Translations under genes and position numbers: made by a program
Shown here: one piece after another, positions 45,036 through 56,690 of the stretch
Layout of the letters: every line of letters begins with the position of its first letter
How positions within the stretch are numbered: the stretch's first letter is position 1
The notes under the pieces: model-generated
What the model was told of the DNA's origin: nothing
The model's database searches: none
What the model saw: the letters and a program-made list of their open reading frames with translations, nothing else
Source: Prasinococcaceae sp. CCMP 1430
Taxonomy: Eukaryota; Plantae; Prasinodermophyta
Length of the DNA: 64,000 bases
NCBI GenBank assembly: GCA_013416795.1
Contig: RQSC01000024.1
Coordinates: 241,483-305,482 of the forward strand
Direction of reading: 5' to 3'

Positions 45036-46714
45036 TCAGTCCTCAACAAAGTTCGCGCGGCAATTGAAACGGTCGATCTTGCTCAGACACGCCTTGTTGC
45101 CCAGCTCGAAGCCGCCCATGACCTTGATGTGCGGCGCGTCGCCGCAGTGCGTGTAACCCACGCCCTCGAAGACGCTGCCCACATGCAAGGTCGACGTCGT
45201 ATTGAGGTTGTAGCCGGCCGGCTTGCAGCAGCGAAATCCGGTTATGTAGTCCACATTCATTGACCCGCTCGCCTTGTACATGCCTGTGAGGTAGTACCCA
45301 TCGTCGCATGTCTTGAACTTATGTCTATATCCAGTGGACCATGAACTGGTGACACACTCGGGGTTATCGTTGTTGTCAACGGGCACGCACTTGTATCGTT
45401 GGAGGAGACCCAGCTTGTCGCAGCCATCTCTGTACAAAGCCGCGCCAAGGCGGGCAGTGTGGGCGCGCGGTAGCTGTCAGTGCCGCGCATTGCATGCACT
45501 CGCGGGTCTGGCGGGCCAGCGCGACACGCTTCGCAGACATGCATCCGCGCGCATCACACGTGCGCATGCGGCACGCGCGCGCGCACGCTCGCGTGCATGC
45601 ATTCAAGCATGCGCGGATGAGGTGCGCTCCGAGCATCCTAGTCCTACTGGCAGACAGTCAGGCGTCAGTTGTCTAATGTCCGAGCCGGCGCGCATGACGT
45701 ACTCGTTATCGCGATAGAACCCGGCGATGGCGTCCGAGTCGCTGTCGCAGTTTCTCCAGCCCGCGTCTCCCGAGAAATCGACAGTCTTCTCGTATTCGTC
45801 CGTGGCGGTGAACGAGGGAGGATCCGGCGGTGGCGGCAGCGGCGACGGGCTCGGTGGCGGGCTCGGTGGCGGGCTCGGCGGCGGCGACGGGCAGTCCAGC
45901 ACGGCGTTCGCCTTGCGCGCCGCCTCCTCCACGTCACGGATGCGCTGCCGCAACGCCTCGATGCGCGAACCCACGTCCTGCCAGAGAGCGCGAGCGGGCG
46001 GGCGGGGGCGGGCGGGCGACAAGAGAAGAGACAACGCGCCACGACGACCCGCGACGGAGACGCCACGCGTCAGATGCGCACGCGCGCTCGCGCGCGTGCG
46101 CGCGCACACGCGCGCGCAAACAACGCTAACAGCAAGCTGCACGCGCAAAGGCACTCGCGCACGCCCATGCGCCGCACACGCACCTGGCCGTTCACCTCGA
46201 GCTGACCGTGCACCGACACCGTGTGCTCGTACCTGCCCGCCCTGAAGTTGTACACCGAGCCGATGTCGGCGATGGGCACTCCGCCCACGCTCCAAAGCGT
46301 GCCTGCGCCGTCCGCCTGGCACGAGGTGGACCCGCCTTCGCCCCCCGCTTCGTCGCCATGGTCCTGCCAATAATAGTCTTCGTGCTCAGGCGAGCCCGGG
46401 GAGTAGAAGCGAGGCGGTGGCGCGTACAGAGGGGGCTGCTCACCCTCCTCATGCAGCAACAGCTCGCGACGGCGCGGCCGCGCGCCGCGCGCCGCTGTGG
46501 TTGGCGCTTCAGCGTCGCCCGAGACGCGCGACCGCGACGCACGAGCGAGCGTCTCGCCCACAGAGCGCGCCAGCACGTCAATCTCGCTCCGGGGGGCCGC
46601 CTCGGCGCGCGCGCGGTGGCCGCCCTGAGCCACCGCCGCGTTCGCGGTCGGCGGGGCGGACAGAGCCAGACACAGCGCTACGGCCAGTGCCAGCCACGCG
46701 CTCCGCACCGCCAT
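45036..46714 (-). CDS. Secreted protein with signal peptide, coiled coil, SPPP linker and four Cys-containing repeats
   Basis: ATG 46714 MAVRSAWLALAVALCLALSAPP. Exon 1 46714-46184, exon 2 from 45977 (SPPPSPPP; WRNC..AIAGFYRD), last exon about 45440-45036 (LYRDGCDKL; CDDGYYLTGMYK..FRCCKP). The exon 2/3 junction is unresolved. Confidence 0.7.
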
Positions 46715-46798
46715 GCCTCGCGCGCTTCTGCGAGTCGACGCGCGCGCTTCCACCATGCCTCCCCCCTCATCCTCCCCTCCCGCCCTGGCGAGCCTCAC

Positions 46799-47979
46799 CT
46801 TCGAGCGCCGCTCCGCCTGCATGCGGCTCTTGATTAGCTGCACCGGGTAGGTGATGAGAGTGGCGCCCACCTTCGCCAGGGCGCCCTGCGAGAATGTCTC
46901 CAGCGGCGTGAGCATCAGTTTGGCGTCCGAGCGCACGCCCTTGGCCTTGCGCACCCGCGCGCTCAGCTGCTCGATCAGCACGAATTGCACTGCCGGATTG
47001 GACACCATCACCAAATTGGGAATCAGCCTGTGTGCGTTGCGCACGCGCGCGGGATGTGGGACGGAAGCCGCGTCAGTCGCAATGCACCCATCGACGCGAG
47101 TGGCGCGCCCCCGACTATCCCTCTCTCCCACACGCTCGCTCGCTCCCGCGCCCGTGCCCGCCGGGCGCGCGTACCCGCGGTAGAACGCCTTGATCCCCCC
47201 TTCGTCCAGGAGCGCCTGGCACTCCGCGATCATGCCACCGTCGCCGTCCGAGCTGACGTCCACGCCGCTACGGCGCTTCGTCTGCAGGCGGGTCACAACC
47301 GTCCAGATGGGCTGCGTGATGCACACGTTCACCGCACCCGCGACCATCGAGACGTAGAGAGACTCGAGCGCAGAGACGTCCTGGTTTTTGCGCCTGCTGA
47401 CGATGGCGTGGCGCAGCTTCTGGTACATGAAGAAGTAGATGCCCTGCGAAGCGGCGGTTCCAATGAGCGCGGGCTTGATGCCGCCGAAGAGCGCTTGCCA
47501 TCCCTCGGCCTTTGCGAGTGCCACCACCTCGGAGAAGCCGGGGCGGACTTTGCGCGCGGACTGCGCGTGGGGGGCGAGGCACGGCGGTCAGCACGTTGCG
47601 GGCGGGCGAGCGGGGGGCGGCGGGGAGGGAGAGATGGATGGCGACTCGCGCTCGCTCGCCCGCTCACGTGGATCGCTGTGGCACGCGCGCGCGCAAATGG
47701 CAGCGGCAGGCCGGGCCGAGGGCGGCAGCCATGCGTGAGAGTGGCATCCACCGGACCGCTTCATCCCACGGCCACCGGCCTTCCGAGATGTCCAACAGAT
47801 GCCCTCGCACGCCAGCGCTGCGCCGCGCGGCGCGTGCGTACCACGTCCACGCTCCCTGTCTTCCTGCTGTGCACCGCCTGCCTCGTGGAGACGGTCATCA
47901 GCGGGAAGGTGGCCGTGAGGGCCATCATGCCGCCGAGGGCGCCCGCGATAGCATGGAGGCCCGCCTCCGAATCCGACAT
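46799..47979 (-). CDS. Mitochondrial carrier family protein, peroxisomal PMP34/PXN-like; sixth helix missing
   Basis: Exons 47979-47842, 47560-47175 and 47027-46799. Carrier motifs TFPLMTVSTRQ, TQPIWTVVTRLQ, NPAVQF, TYPVQLIKSRMQ; EGWQALFGG; AASQGIYFFMY. Confidence 0.85.
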
Positions 47980-48659
47980 GGCTGCAGGCGCAAGGCGGCG
48001 AGAGAGAGGGGAAAGGGGGAAGGGGAAAGGGGGGGAGAAGAGTGAGCGATTCGAGCTGGGGGGGCGGCAGCTCCCACCGCACGCGCGCCACAGCCCGCCG
48101 CGCGTCGAGCCCTCCCTCCCTCACCCCCGCCGTGGCCCTCCCAGCCGTTTCGAAAGCCCCTCCCTCCCTCCTCCTCCCCGGTGCTGCACGCGCCCCGCGC
48201 CCGGCCTCGCTTCTTCCGCGCACCTGTCCCCTGCCCCTCGCCCCCCCGCCCCTCCCCCGCTGTCTTCCCCCTTCCTTCACCTCCCACCCCTCTTCCCGGC
48301 ACCGCGCCGCCCTCGCCGCCCTTGCCGCCCCCCTCCGCACCGCGGGGCGTGTCCTGCGCGCGGCGGGTGGCGCCCCCTCACCCTCCTCTCCCCCCCTCCA
48401 CTCCATCTCTCTCTCATCAGTCCCAGTCTCTCCTTTCAATGCGACCACATCCCGAATGCGAATGCGCGTGTGCACGTCGCGAGGTTTTGCGCCAGCGAGG
48501 CGCCAACCCGACGTTACAAACGCAACGCGCGGCGCTTGGCGCGCAGCGCGCGCAGCCGATGCGAGCCCCCGCCCTCCCTACCCCTCCCCCCTCCCGCGCG
48601 CTTCAACCAACCGCCCAATGCGCACGCGCGCGAGCACCCGCAACCTGCCCCAGCGTATG

Positions 48660-49607
48660 TATGAGAGGGTGGCCAAGGGCGGCGCGCCAACATGCCGGGG
48701 GTGCCAGCACGGCCAAGACCCCTCCCTGCCGGCGCACGGCGCGCCGCGTGGGCTCCGAGCAGCTCGCGGGAGTGATGGACATCATCGGGCGCGAGGAGGC
48801 GGCAAACGCAGGCCGCACCGTGAAGGAGGGCAGATGGCTGCGCGAAAGGCGCTCTTCAAAGGCGCGGTGGACGAGGAAGACGACGAGTACTGCACGCGTG
48901 CCAGGTGCATGGACGACGGCGTCGACCAGCGCGACCCGCTCACCACGTGCCTATCCGTGTGCTATCAAGGCGACTGGCAGGGGTCATTCAACTACGGCAT
49001 CNCGCCGACGCGCGCGCCCGCGAGCGCGTCCGCGGCGGCGCGCAGCGACGCGTACGCCTCGGAGAGCGGCGTCCCAGCCCCCGCCATCGCTCGGTGGCGG
49101 GCGATCGCCTGCCCGCCCCCCCAACACCTCCCCCCTACCGAGCGCGGTGTGGCCCTCCGACCCCTCCCCCCCGCCCTAACGCTACGTGTTTTCCTGGAGC
49201 ACACTTTCGTCGACGAACTTCCGTTCCGTCCTCTGCCCGCATGCGTGCGCGCTCGCCGGCGCTCGCGCGTGCTCGAGGCGCCGCTCGTGCATGTGGGCGA
49301 GCCGCGGGCGCAGGCGCGACCGGCCGCGGGCATGGCGGAGGGCTCGGAGGAGGCGGGCTCGGCGGGGGGGGACCTGGCGCTGGTGGGCTCGGAGGAGGAT
49401 TGGAACGTGGCGTGTGTGGCCGGGCGAGGCGGCGGCGCTCTCACCGCGAGGCGTGCTGGTGTTGCGCTTGGACGCCGCGCGCTCGTACAAATGTGCACTC
49501 GTGCGAACACTAGGAGGAAGCGCTGCGTTCTTCTGGTGCGAGTACAATGCGTAGGGATGGGGAGCGGCGAGCAGGGCGAGCGTGCGTCGCCAGCTAGCCG
49601 CATGTGA
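48660..49607 (+). CDS. Hypothetical coding region, probably frameshifted or gapped
   Basis: Genic codon usage in one frame (GSEQLAGVMDIIGREEAANAGRTVKEG) continues in another frame after a GGG run near 48830 (QMAARKALFKGAVDEEDDEYC...CYQGDWQGSFNYGI), followed by a single N at 49002. No family recognised. Confidence 0.35.
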   Translation, partial: YERVAKGGAPTCRGCQHGQDPSLPAHGAPRGLRAARGSDGHHRARGGGKRRPHREGGQMAARKALFKGAVDEEDDEYCTRARCMDDGVDQRDPLTTCLSVCYQGDWQGSFNYGIXPTRAPASASAAARSDAYASESGVPAPAIARWRAIACPPPQHLPPTERGVALRPLPPALTLRVFLEHTFVDELPFRPLPACVRARRRSRVLEAPLVHVGEPRAQARPAAGMAEGSEEAGSAGGDLALVGSEEDWNVACVAGRGGGALTARRAGVALGRRALVQMCTRANTRRKRCVLLVRVQCVGMGSGEQGERASPASRM

Positions 49608-49620
49608 CGCGGGCGGGCGC

Positions 49621-49621
<1 letters not shown>

Positions 49622-49675
<54 letters not shown>
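49622..49675. repeat. (CTG)18 microsatellite
   Basis: Counted directly; lies between the convergent ends of two genes. Confidence 0.95.
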
Positions 49676-49677
<2 letters not shown>

Positions 49678-49706
49678 GTTTGGGCGGCCTGCAAACAGCG
49701 AGCAGG

Positions 49707-50208
49707 TCACGACACCCACCCACCGTCCTGTCCACGGTGATACCTGGGGAACGTTTCCACTGGGCTCGCCTTTGGCCGCGTGGACGGCGCCTTGGTCCAC
49801 GGCTTGCTCATCACCTTGCTCATGGAGCTCTTGGCCGAGTTGAGGCGCTGCGCGAGCTGTAGGGGACGTGATAGAGAGGCAGGGAGAGAGGCATGGCGGC
49901 GTGGTCGCGCGGGACGCGTTAGCTGCCGATCTGCGTATGGAGCGCGCCCGCGCCTGCGCGCAACCGCCGCGCGCGCCTGCTCGGCCAACCTTGTAGTTCT
50001 CCATCTGGATCTTGTCGGCGTTCTTGCGACGGTTTATGGCCGAGTGCGCGCCGCCGGGCAGCCCCACGCGCGCGTCCTCCCGCGGCGCGACGCCCTCGAG
50101 GCTCGCGAGGCGCTCCATGCGCTTGAGGAGCGCGAGGTTCTCGCGCTCGATCTCCATCAGCCGCATCTGCTCGGCACTCGAGAGCGGCTTCGGCTCTCCG
50201 AGCGGCAT
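49707..50208 (-). CDS. Small CFAP97/KIAA1430 (Hemingway)-domain protein
   Basis: Exons 50208-49990 and 49856-49707. EIERENLALLKRMERL...SAINRRKNADKIQMENYKLAQRLNSAKS matches the duplicated xERENxxLLxRL pattern of this family. Confidence 0.7.
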
Positions 50209-51014
50209 CGCGCCAGCGGCTGCGCCGGCGGCGGCGGCGGCAGGCTCGCTCGCTCGCTCGCTCGCTCGCTCGCGCTCGCTCGCGCTGGAGGCAGGCGCTC
50301 GCCCAATGCGTGCGCCCGCGCCGCCGGGCGCGCCCGCCCGCCCGCGCCGCGCCTTCGATTTCGCACGGCGATAATTTCGCGCGCGCGCCCCGCGCACCAT
50401 CATCCCCGCTCTCACATGCGTTTCCGTATGCGCCGGCCCCGGCCAAACCCGCGGCCGAAGCGGCTTTGGAGCGTGAATCAAACCGCGCGTTCGAAAGCGG
50501 TCCACGGCCCGCCCCCCCATCAAAACGCACCAATCTCGAAGTCCCCATCAAAACGCATTCAAAAGTGTTCGGAGGCGACCACACGCGGACGAAAACGCAA
50601 CGGAAACGAAACGACGCAGGGGAACGCAGAGGCGCGTCCCCATCACAATTAGCCACGGGATACACGACAAAGTGCGTCACAACGCATCGCCGGAGCCTCG
50701 CTTTTATTTCGTGGGGAAATTTCGAAGTTTTCGTTGTTCTCTTTTTTTAGAGGGGGTTTGTGGAAAGCGCTGCGGCGGCCCGCGGGAGACCAAGTGGTGC
50801 CGGCGCGGTGTTCCCCGGGGCGGATTTCGCGCAGTGCGCAACCGTAAAGCGGGTGCGTGTCGTGTGCGCGCGGGGGGCTTTCGCGGGGACCGTCTGCGTT
50901 TACGCCGAGGGCGCGAACGAACGGGCGCGGCGCGGCGCGCGGCGGCACACAGCGGGCGCGCGGCGCAGCCCGCCCTCCTCACCCTACCCCACCCCGCCCT
51001 TCCCCTCTCCCGCC

Positions 51015-52097
51015 ATGGTACGTGCGAGGGCAGAGCCTGGATGTGGACGCGACCTCAGCGGCCGGACTGGGCGCGCGGGCGGCGGGTGGAGCTGGAGCGC
51101 GGCTGCGCGCTCGCCCACCTTGTCATTGTTTGTTTGCTCCGCCCGCGCCAGCGCTGGCTACTGACGCGGCAGGCGCGTCGCGCGCGCACGCGCCCGCGTG
51201 CGCGCCGCACTATAGGCGAAGGAGGAGACGAAGCCCAAGGCCAACGACGATGAGGAGGAGTACCAGCTGTACAATCTCAACCTGCGCGCGGACATATTCA
51301 CGGAGACGCGCGAGGCGCCCTTCATGCGCAAGGAGTGGCACAAGATCATGAACGGTGCGGAGCGCTCGCTGTTTTCTGAGCCACAAGGGCGAGGCGCTCG
51401 GCACTCGCTGAGCGAATGCCGTCCACGATCAAGCCTGTGATCGCGCGTCAAACCGTGGGCGGACTCGCACTTCCTGCCGTGCCCGCGCTGCGCTTGCTCA
51501 ACGGCTGACACGCCCGCGCGTGCCTCTTGGCATTCCGCGGCGCGCGGCACCATTGGCGCGGTTGCGCTCCCCCCACGGCGCTGCGTCGGCGCCCGCAGGC
51601 GATCCTGTGGAGATCAACCCGTCGTTCGGACATGGCTACAAGATCATGACGGTAGATGAGTGGGCGAAGCGCTGGAAGCGCAACGATGACTTCCCGGACT
51701 GGTGCGTCGAGCGCGCCGTGTCTTCTCCGCGCCCCGCCCGACCCAGAGCAGCACGTGCACCACCATGCCGACCCTTGCGCCTTCCCACGTTGCCAACCAT
51801 ACGTGCTGATGCAGGTAGAAATGCGCACGTGCTCCTGCTGCGGCACACAGCGCGGCGTGCGGCTCGAACAACACGAAGGAGCACCACTTCGTGCAGACGT
51901 GGTGCCGCGGCAAGAAGAAGTGGCAGAGCGAGATCCTCTGCATGGAGTGCCACATGTTCACCTGGCGCTCGTACAAGGATCCGGATTTCCTCACGCCCGA
52001 AGAGTACGAGAAGCAGCGCTGGGAGAAGATGGCTGCCGAGAACAAGGCCATGAAGGACGAAGCCATCGCGGCGGGCCGCGACCCGCCTCCCGAGTGA
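51015..52097 (+). CDS. Uncharacterised 163-aa zinc-ribbon-like protein (CxxC...CxxC)
   Basis: Exons 51015-51017 (ATG only), 51216-51354, 51599-51701 and 51851-52097 total 492 nt in frame with canonical GT-AG sites. CAAC and CMEC pairs; very strong codon bias. Confidence 0.85.
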
Positions 52098-52336
52098 ACA
52101 GCGCGCGCGCGCGCACCACTCACACATAATCCCTGCCCACGGTAGCTTTGTTGCACGTCTTGATCGCCCCCACCGCACCGCATCCCCTACCTCAGCGGCG
52201 CGGCGCACTCGCCGGCACCGGCGGGCTCGCCGTCTAATCCCCCATTCCAGCGCAGCACCGCCACGCCCGCCCCCTCCGAGCCACGCCAAAGCCACGCCTC
52301 ACCCCCGCCCAATCGGAATTCACCCACGGGAGAGCG

Positions 52337-53965
52337 ATGACGACACGGCCTTGCTCGTTGCAGCTGCCGCTTTGTTTGCTACAGCAGCCATCAAAATGCA
52401 TTTGTCCCTCCCGAAACCCTCGTCGAGAGGGGTGCGCGTGTGGTGGCCTGCGTGCGTGCCTGGGTGTGGGTGGGGAGGGGAGGTGGCGGTGGCGGTGGCG
52501 GTGGCTGTGGCGGCGGCAGCGGTCGGCGTCGCCTGCCGCCAGTGCGCCAATGCAGCCGCGGCTCGCAGGTCGCGCGCGGTTTGGAACGGGGCGGGGGTGG
52601 GTGTGGCGGCTAAGCTTCGGTGGGGTGGCCAGCGCACCATGGCGTAACGATGTGAAGGCCAAGGACATGGTCCAGATCGTCGAGGGGGCACGGGCGCGGG
52701 CGCGGAGGTGGTGCTGCGCGGCTGCGGCGTGCGGCGACTGGGAGATCCTGAAGGCTGCGGCGCCTGGCGACGTGCTGCGCGCGCGCAAGCTCGAGGGCGG
52801 TGACGCAGTGTGGCTAGAAGTGCGCGCGGGGGGCGCCCTGCGCGCCGAAGGTTGGGAGCTCGAGGTACAGGGCGGTGAGGGCACAGGTGGCGTCGTGCTG
52901 CGCCGTGTGGGGCGGATTACGTATCCACCCGGCCTGTGCGACTTCACTGCTCTCGGCGCGCCGGACCCACGCGTAGTGGCAGCAGCGGCGGAGGCGTCTC
53001 CTCTTCGGCTCGCGGACGGCTCGCTGCGCACGACGAGGGCGAGCGCGGCCAGCCTGCTCCTCGCGGCGGCGGCACCCGCCGAGCGCAACCTGTGGTGCCA
53101 GGGCGATGCTGTGGAGCCCCGCGGAGATGTGCGTGGGAAGGGCGCCGCCGCGGTGGCCGAGCGTGCGCTGCACGCGCTGCTGAAGGACATCGCCGCGTCG
53201 GATGGGGAACATGCGGCCGCCGATGCGGCCGTTATCACACACGCACCAGAGGAGTCTGGCACGGGCGCAGGCGGAACCCTCGGCGCACTCCAGCCGGCGG
53301 GTGAGCTCTCCGCGCTGCTAGCAGGCGCGCGTGGGCTGGCCATGTTGCAGGTGTCGCTGTCTTCGCAGCCAGGTGCTAGCTGGCTGGATATGCCGCTGGT
53401 GCTCACGCTACTCGAGCGCGCGGCTGCTGACGGCGGCGTGCGCGCGATGAGCTCGGCGCTGCGCGCGCCGGGCGGCGGCGGCTTGTTGGGTGGCACGTTG
53501 CTACTGTACGCCGACACGGAGCCATACGCGGCGCGTGCGCGCCTGCTCAGCTCCTTTGGAGCGCAGAGCGCGCTGGTCGGGGGCTCGGCGTACTACAAGG
53601 CGCTGGTCGGGCTGGCGTTGGGGTACGACCCGGGAAGCGTACGTACCTACTGCGAGCGCATGGGCGATCCGCTCAGTGACGAGGCGGAGCGTCAGGCGAT
53701 CGCGGACCTCAAGGGAGCCAGTGGGGTCAAGGTATGAGGATGTGCCAGTCGCGCGCACGCGCGCACACGCGCGCCATTTGCGCGCCAGGGCGGTGTGTGC
53801 GCGACCGCCGCGGACTCTTCCACTTGGGTGGCTGACACGCACGCGCGCGGACGCGCGCTCGATCGAAAACAGCCGTCCTTGCCATGGCGGCAGCTCGACG
53901 CCGCTGGCGGTACGAAAAGGAAGGCGCGCGCCAAGCGCAAGGGCGGCGGCTTTGGCAAGGCATAA
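52337..53965 (+). CDS. Hypothetical, probably plastid-targeted protein ending in a KGGGFGKA motif; 5' end uncertain
   Basis: Long ORF to 53731, intron 53732-53872 (GTATGA...AACAG), last exon 53873-53965 (PSLPWRQL...KRKGGGFGKA*). Confidence 0.6.
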
Positions 53966-54117
53966 AGTGCACGGTGTCGTTAATAGAAGAGACAGTTTCG
54001 GGGACAACGCTCATTTCCAACCCTCCTGCTTCACCACAGCTGCGATTCCTCGCAAGCGACGGCTCCTGCTGCGGTGCGGACACCATCGACAGCACGCCAG
54101 GTGGCGCGAGCTCCGTG

Positions 54118-56434
54118 CTATGCCTGCACGGGGCGCACGCGCATGCGCATGCCGCCCTCCGCTGGCAATGTGAGGGCGTATTTGTATGGCGGTTCGTGCG
54201 CGCGCACCCTCGCGCGCGCGTTCGCGCCCTCTGCCGCGTCCCTCCGGCCCTCCAGGGCGACTGCCTCGTCAGGCTCGAGCTCCCACTCACGCAACAGGGT
54301 GCCTATCGCTGCCTTCGCCTCCAGAAGTGCCAGCTCCATTCCCAAGCAGCGCCTGGGGCCTGCCTGAAAGGCAGTAAATTTGTACAAGTCTGGTGTCACC
54401 ACCGCCAGCGCGCCAGTCTGCTCGTCCGTCACCCTGAGGAAGCGCTCGGGTTTGAATTCGAGTGGGTCCTCCCAGAGCTCCTGCAGTCGGCCCATCACGT
54501 ACGGGTCGTAGCTCACGTACGAGCCCTTCCTGACCAATGTGCCATCTGGCAGAACATCGTCGCGGGCGGCCTGCTTGAGGTCCTGCGGCACGCTGGGATG
54601 AAGGCGCAGCGCCTCGAGCACGCACGCATGCGTGTACGGCATGCGTTTGAGCGCGTCGTATGACACGCCACCGGTATCATCGATGTCGGCGTGTGCCCTG
54701 CCTAGCTCGCGCCGCGCCTCTTCGCGCACGCGCGCAGCAGCGGCGGGCGCCTCAGAGAGCTCCCACAGCGCCCACGTGAGCGCATTGGCGGTGGTATCTC
54801 GGCCCGCTATGACGAAGTTGGTGACGACGTCCCGCAGGAACTGATGCCGGCTGGACGCCTGCCCGCGGCGGAAGTCGGGGGGTGGGTCGAGCAGACAGGA
54901 GCCAACGCTCTCGCCTCGCGCATCGCGCGGCGAAGTGCCGACAGGCTCGCCACTTCCTGAGGACGCGGGCGTGTCACACCCGCTAGGAGCGCCAGCGCCG
55001 TCAACGCCGGACACGAATGCGAACGGGCATCCAGCGCCGCCGCCCGCTCGCTCATGTGCAGGAGGAGGGGGCGCCGCATTGGGCAACGGTCTGTCGGAGA
55101 GGTTTTCAGCGTCGCTGCTCCCACGTGCGCCGGACTGGGCCCCCGGCGCCGCGGAGGCAGCACAATGCGGCACAGCGGACTTCGGCTGTGCGCCCGCTGC
55201 TGCCGTCACGCGCACGGCACTGGCGAGGCGCTGGTCGTATGCGCTGTTCGTCGCGCTGTTCCCGTCGCTGCCGCTGCTCCCCCCATCCCCCATCGCCTCT
55301 GCCTCCGCCGCGCGCTGCGCCACCATGAAGCGCGACAGGAGGTCTGCTTGTAGGTCGATCTCCTCGATGGGTTGCGCCTCGCGCTGGCGGATGATGGCGT
55401 AGCAGAAGGCGTCGACGCGGGTGAGCGCGGCCCTGAGTTCGCCTTCGGTACCCACGCCCGCCGCGCGCATGGCCCGCCAGTGCGGGGTAGAAAATCTCTC
55501 ACAGATGAGCTGCGAAATCCGATCGAAGTCGCGTGCGAACTTCACTGACGCATCGCCGAGCGAGTCCACGTTGACGCCGAAAGCGATGCCGCAGATGGCG
55601 TCGAGGGTGTAACGCTGCGCGAGGTCCTGCACGTCCACGACACAGCGATGCCCGGCGCCTCCCTCGCCCGGCGACGCCTGCTCCCCCTCCGCCCTCGCGA
55701 CCGCCCTTGCGACGGCGTGCGCGAGCCCGCGCGCGCGGCCGGCAATTTCGCCCGCAGCGAAGTGCCTGAAGCGCGCCACGGAGAACTCGTACGCGGCCAC
55801 CTTGCGCTGCATGCGCCATCCGCGCATGGCGGCGCCCACGTGATCCGCGTTGAATATGCCGCTGCCCAGGAAATCGTGGAAGTGCTCGCGGAAGCCCGCG
55901 CCCTTGCCGTAGACGTGGAAGGCGTCCTTCAGCACGTGGCGCACGCACGCCGGGTCGCTGATGTGCACGAACTCGCTCTCAGCCGGGGCCCAGCGCAGCA
56001 ACGGGCTGGGCATGAGAATGCGGTACGTGCGCGCGCCACCACGCGCGCGCTGCTGCGTGAGCTGCGCCCAGCGCAGGCAATGGTCGTGAAGGCGGTTGAT
56101 GATCGGCAGCACGCCCGGGAGCTGGCGAACCAGGGGCCAGCGAACGAGGCCGGGCGCGAGGGGGGCCAGGCGCCCACGGTAGTGCAGAAGCTCGCCGACA
56201 CGCTCCACGGCGTCCCGCAGGAGCGCCGCGGCGAGCAGCCCGCCCGCGATCCGGACCGCGGCCGCCAGCGCAGCCGCGAGCGCCGCNNNNNNNNNNNNNN
56301 NNNNNNNNNNNNNNNNNNNNNNNNNNNNNNNNNNNNNNNNNNNNNNNNNNNNNCCCGCGCCCCCGCGCAGCCGCGGCCGCGGCAGCAGTCACCGGCCGCG
56401 TACCGCCGCGCGGCCAGGACGGAATCCCTATCAT
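54118..56434 (-). CDS. Cytochrome P450, CYP86-clan-like (CYP704/86/94 type); N-terminus interrupted by an N-gap
   Basis: GSGIFNAD, W..QRK, I-helix NFVIAGRDTTA, LEALRLHPSVP (ExxR), FKPERF, heme motif FQAGPRRCLG. Hydrophobic anchor at about 56285-56220; candidate ATG 56434. Confidence 0.93.
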
Positions 56435-56690
56435 ACACACCAAAATGGAATCCTTCTTCGCCATTTATACGTCATAAATAATACATTCGACGTATGGATT
56501 CCATAAATACCGCGATCGCGCGCGGCATACGCACCGCGGCGCGCCGCCGGCGCGCGGCGTCCACGTCAGCGCGCGCTCCAATTGCCCCTCGAGGGCGGTG
56601 TTAGGGTTAGAAAGTTGAGGTTGCACACAACATAGGGTCCGCATCGAAGGCATGAGCACATTCGCCGCGAGCACGCGATGACATCCCGAA

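Noticed and set aside
45346-45357. 12-nt match CTGGTGACACAC to the 53-bp repeat unit
   Set aside because: Short, lies inside coding sequence (ECVTSS) and does not extend; compatible with chance.
48660-48720. YERVAKGGAPTCRGC as a PARP-type zinc finger
   Set aside because: The downstream His and Cys ligands are not found at the expected spacing, and this frame has poor codon usage.
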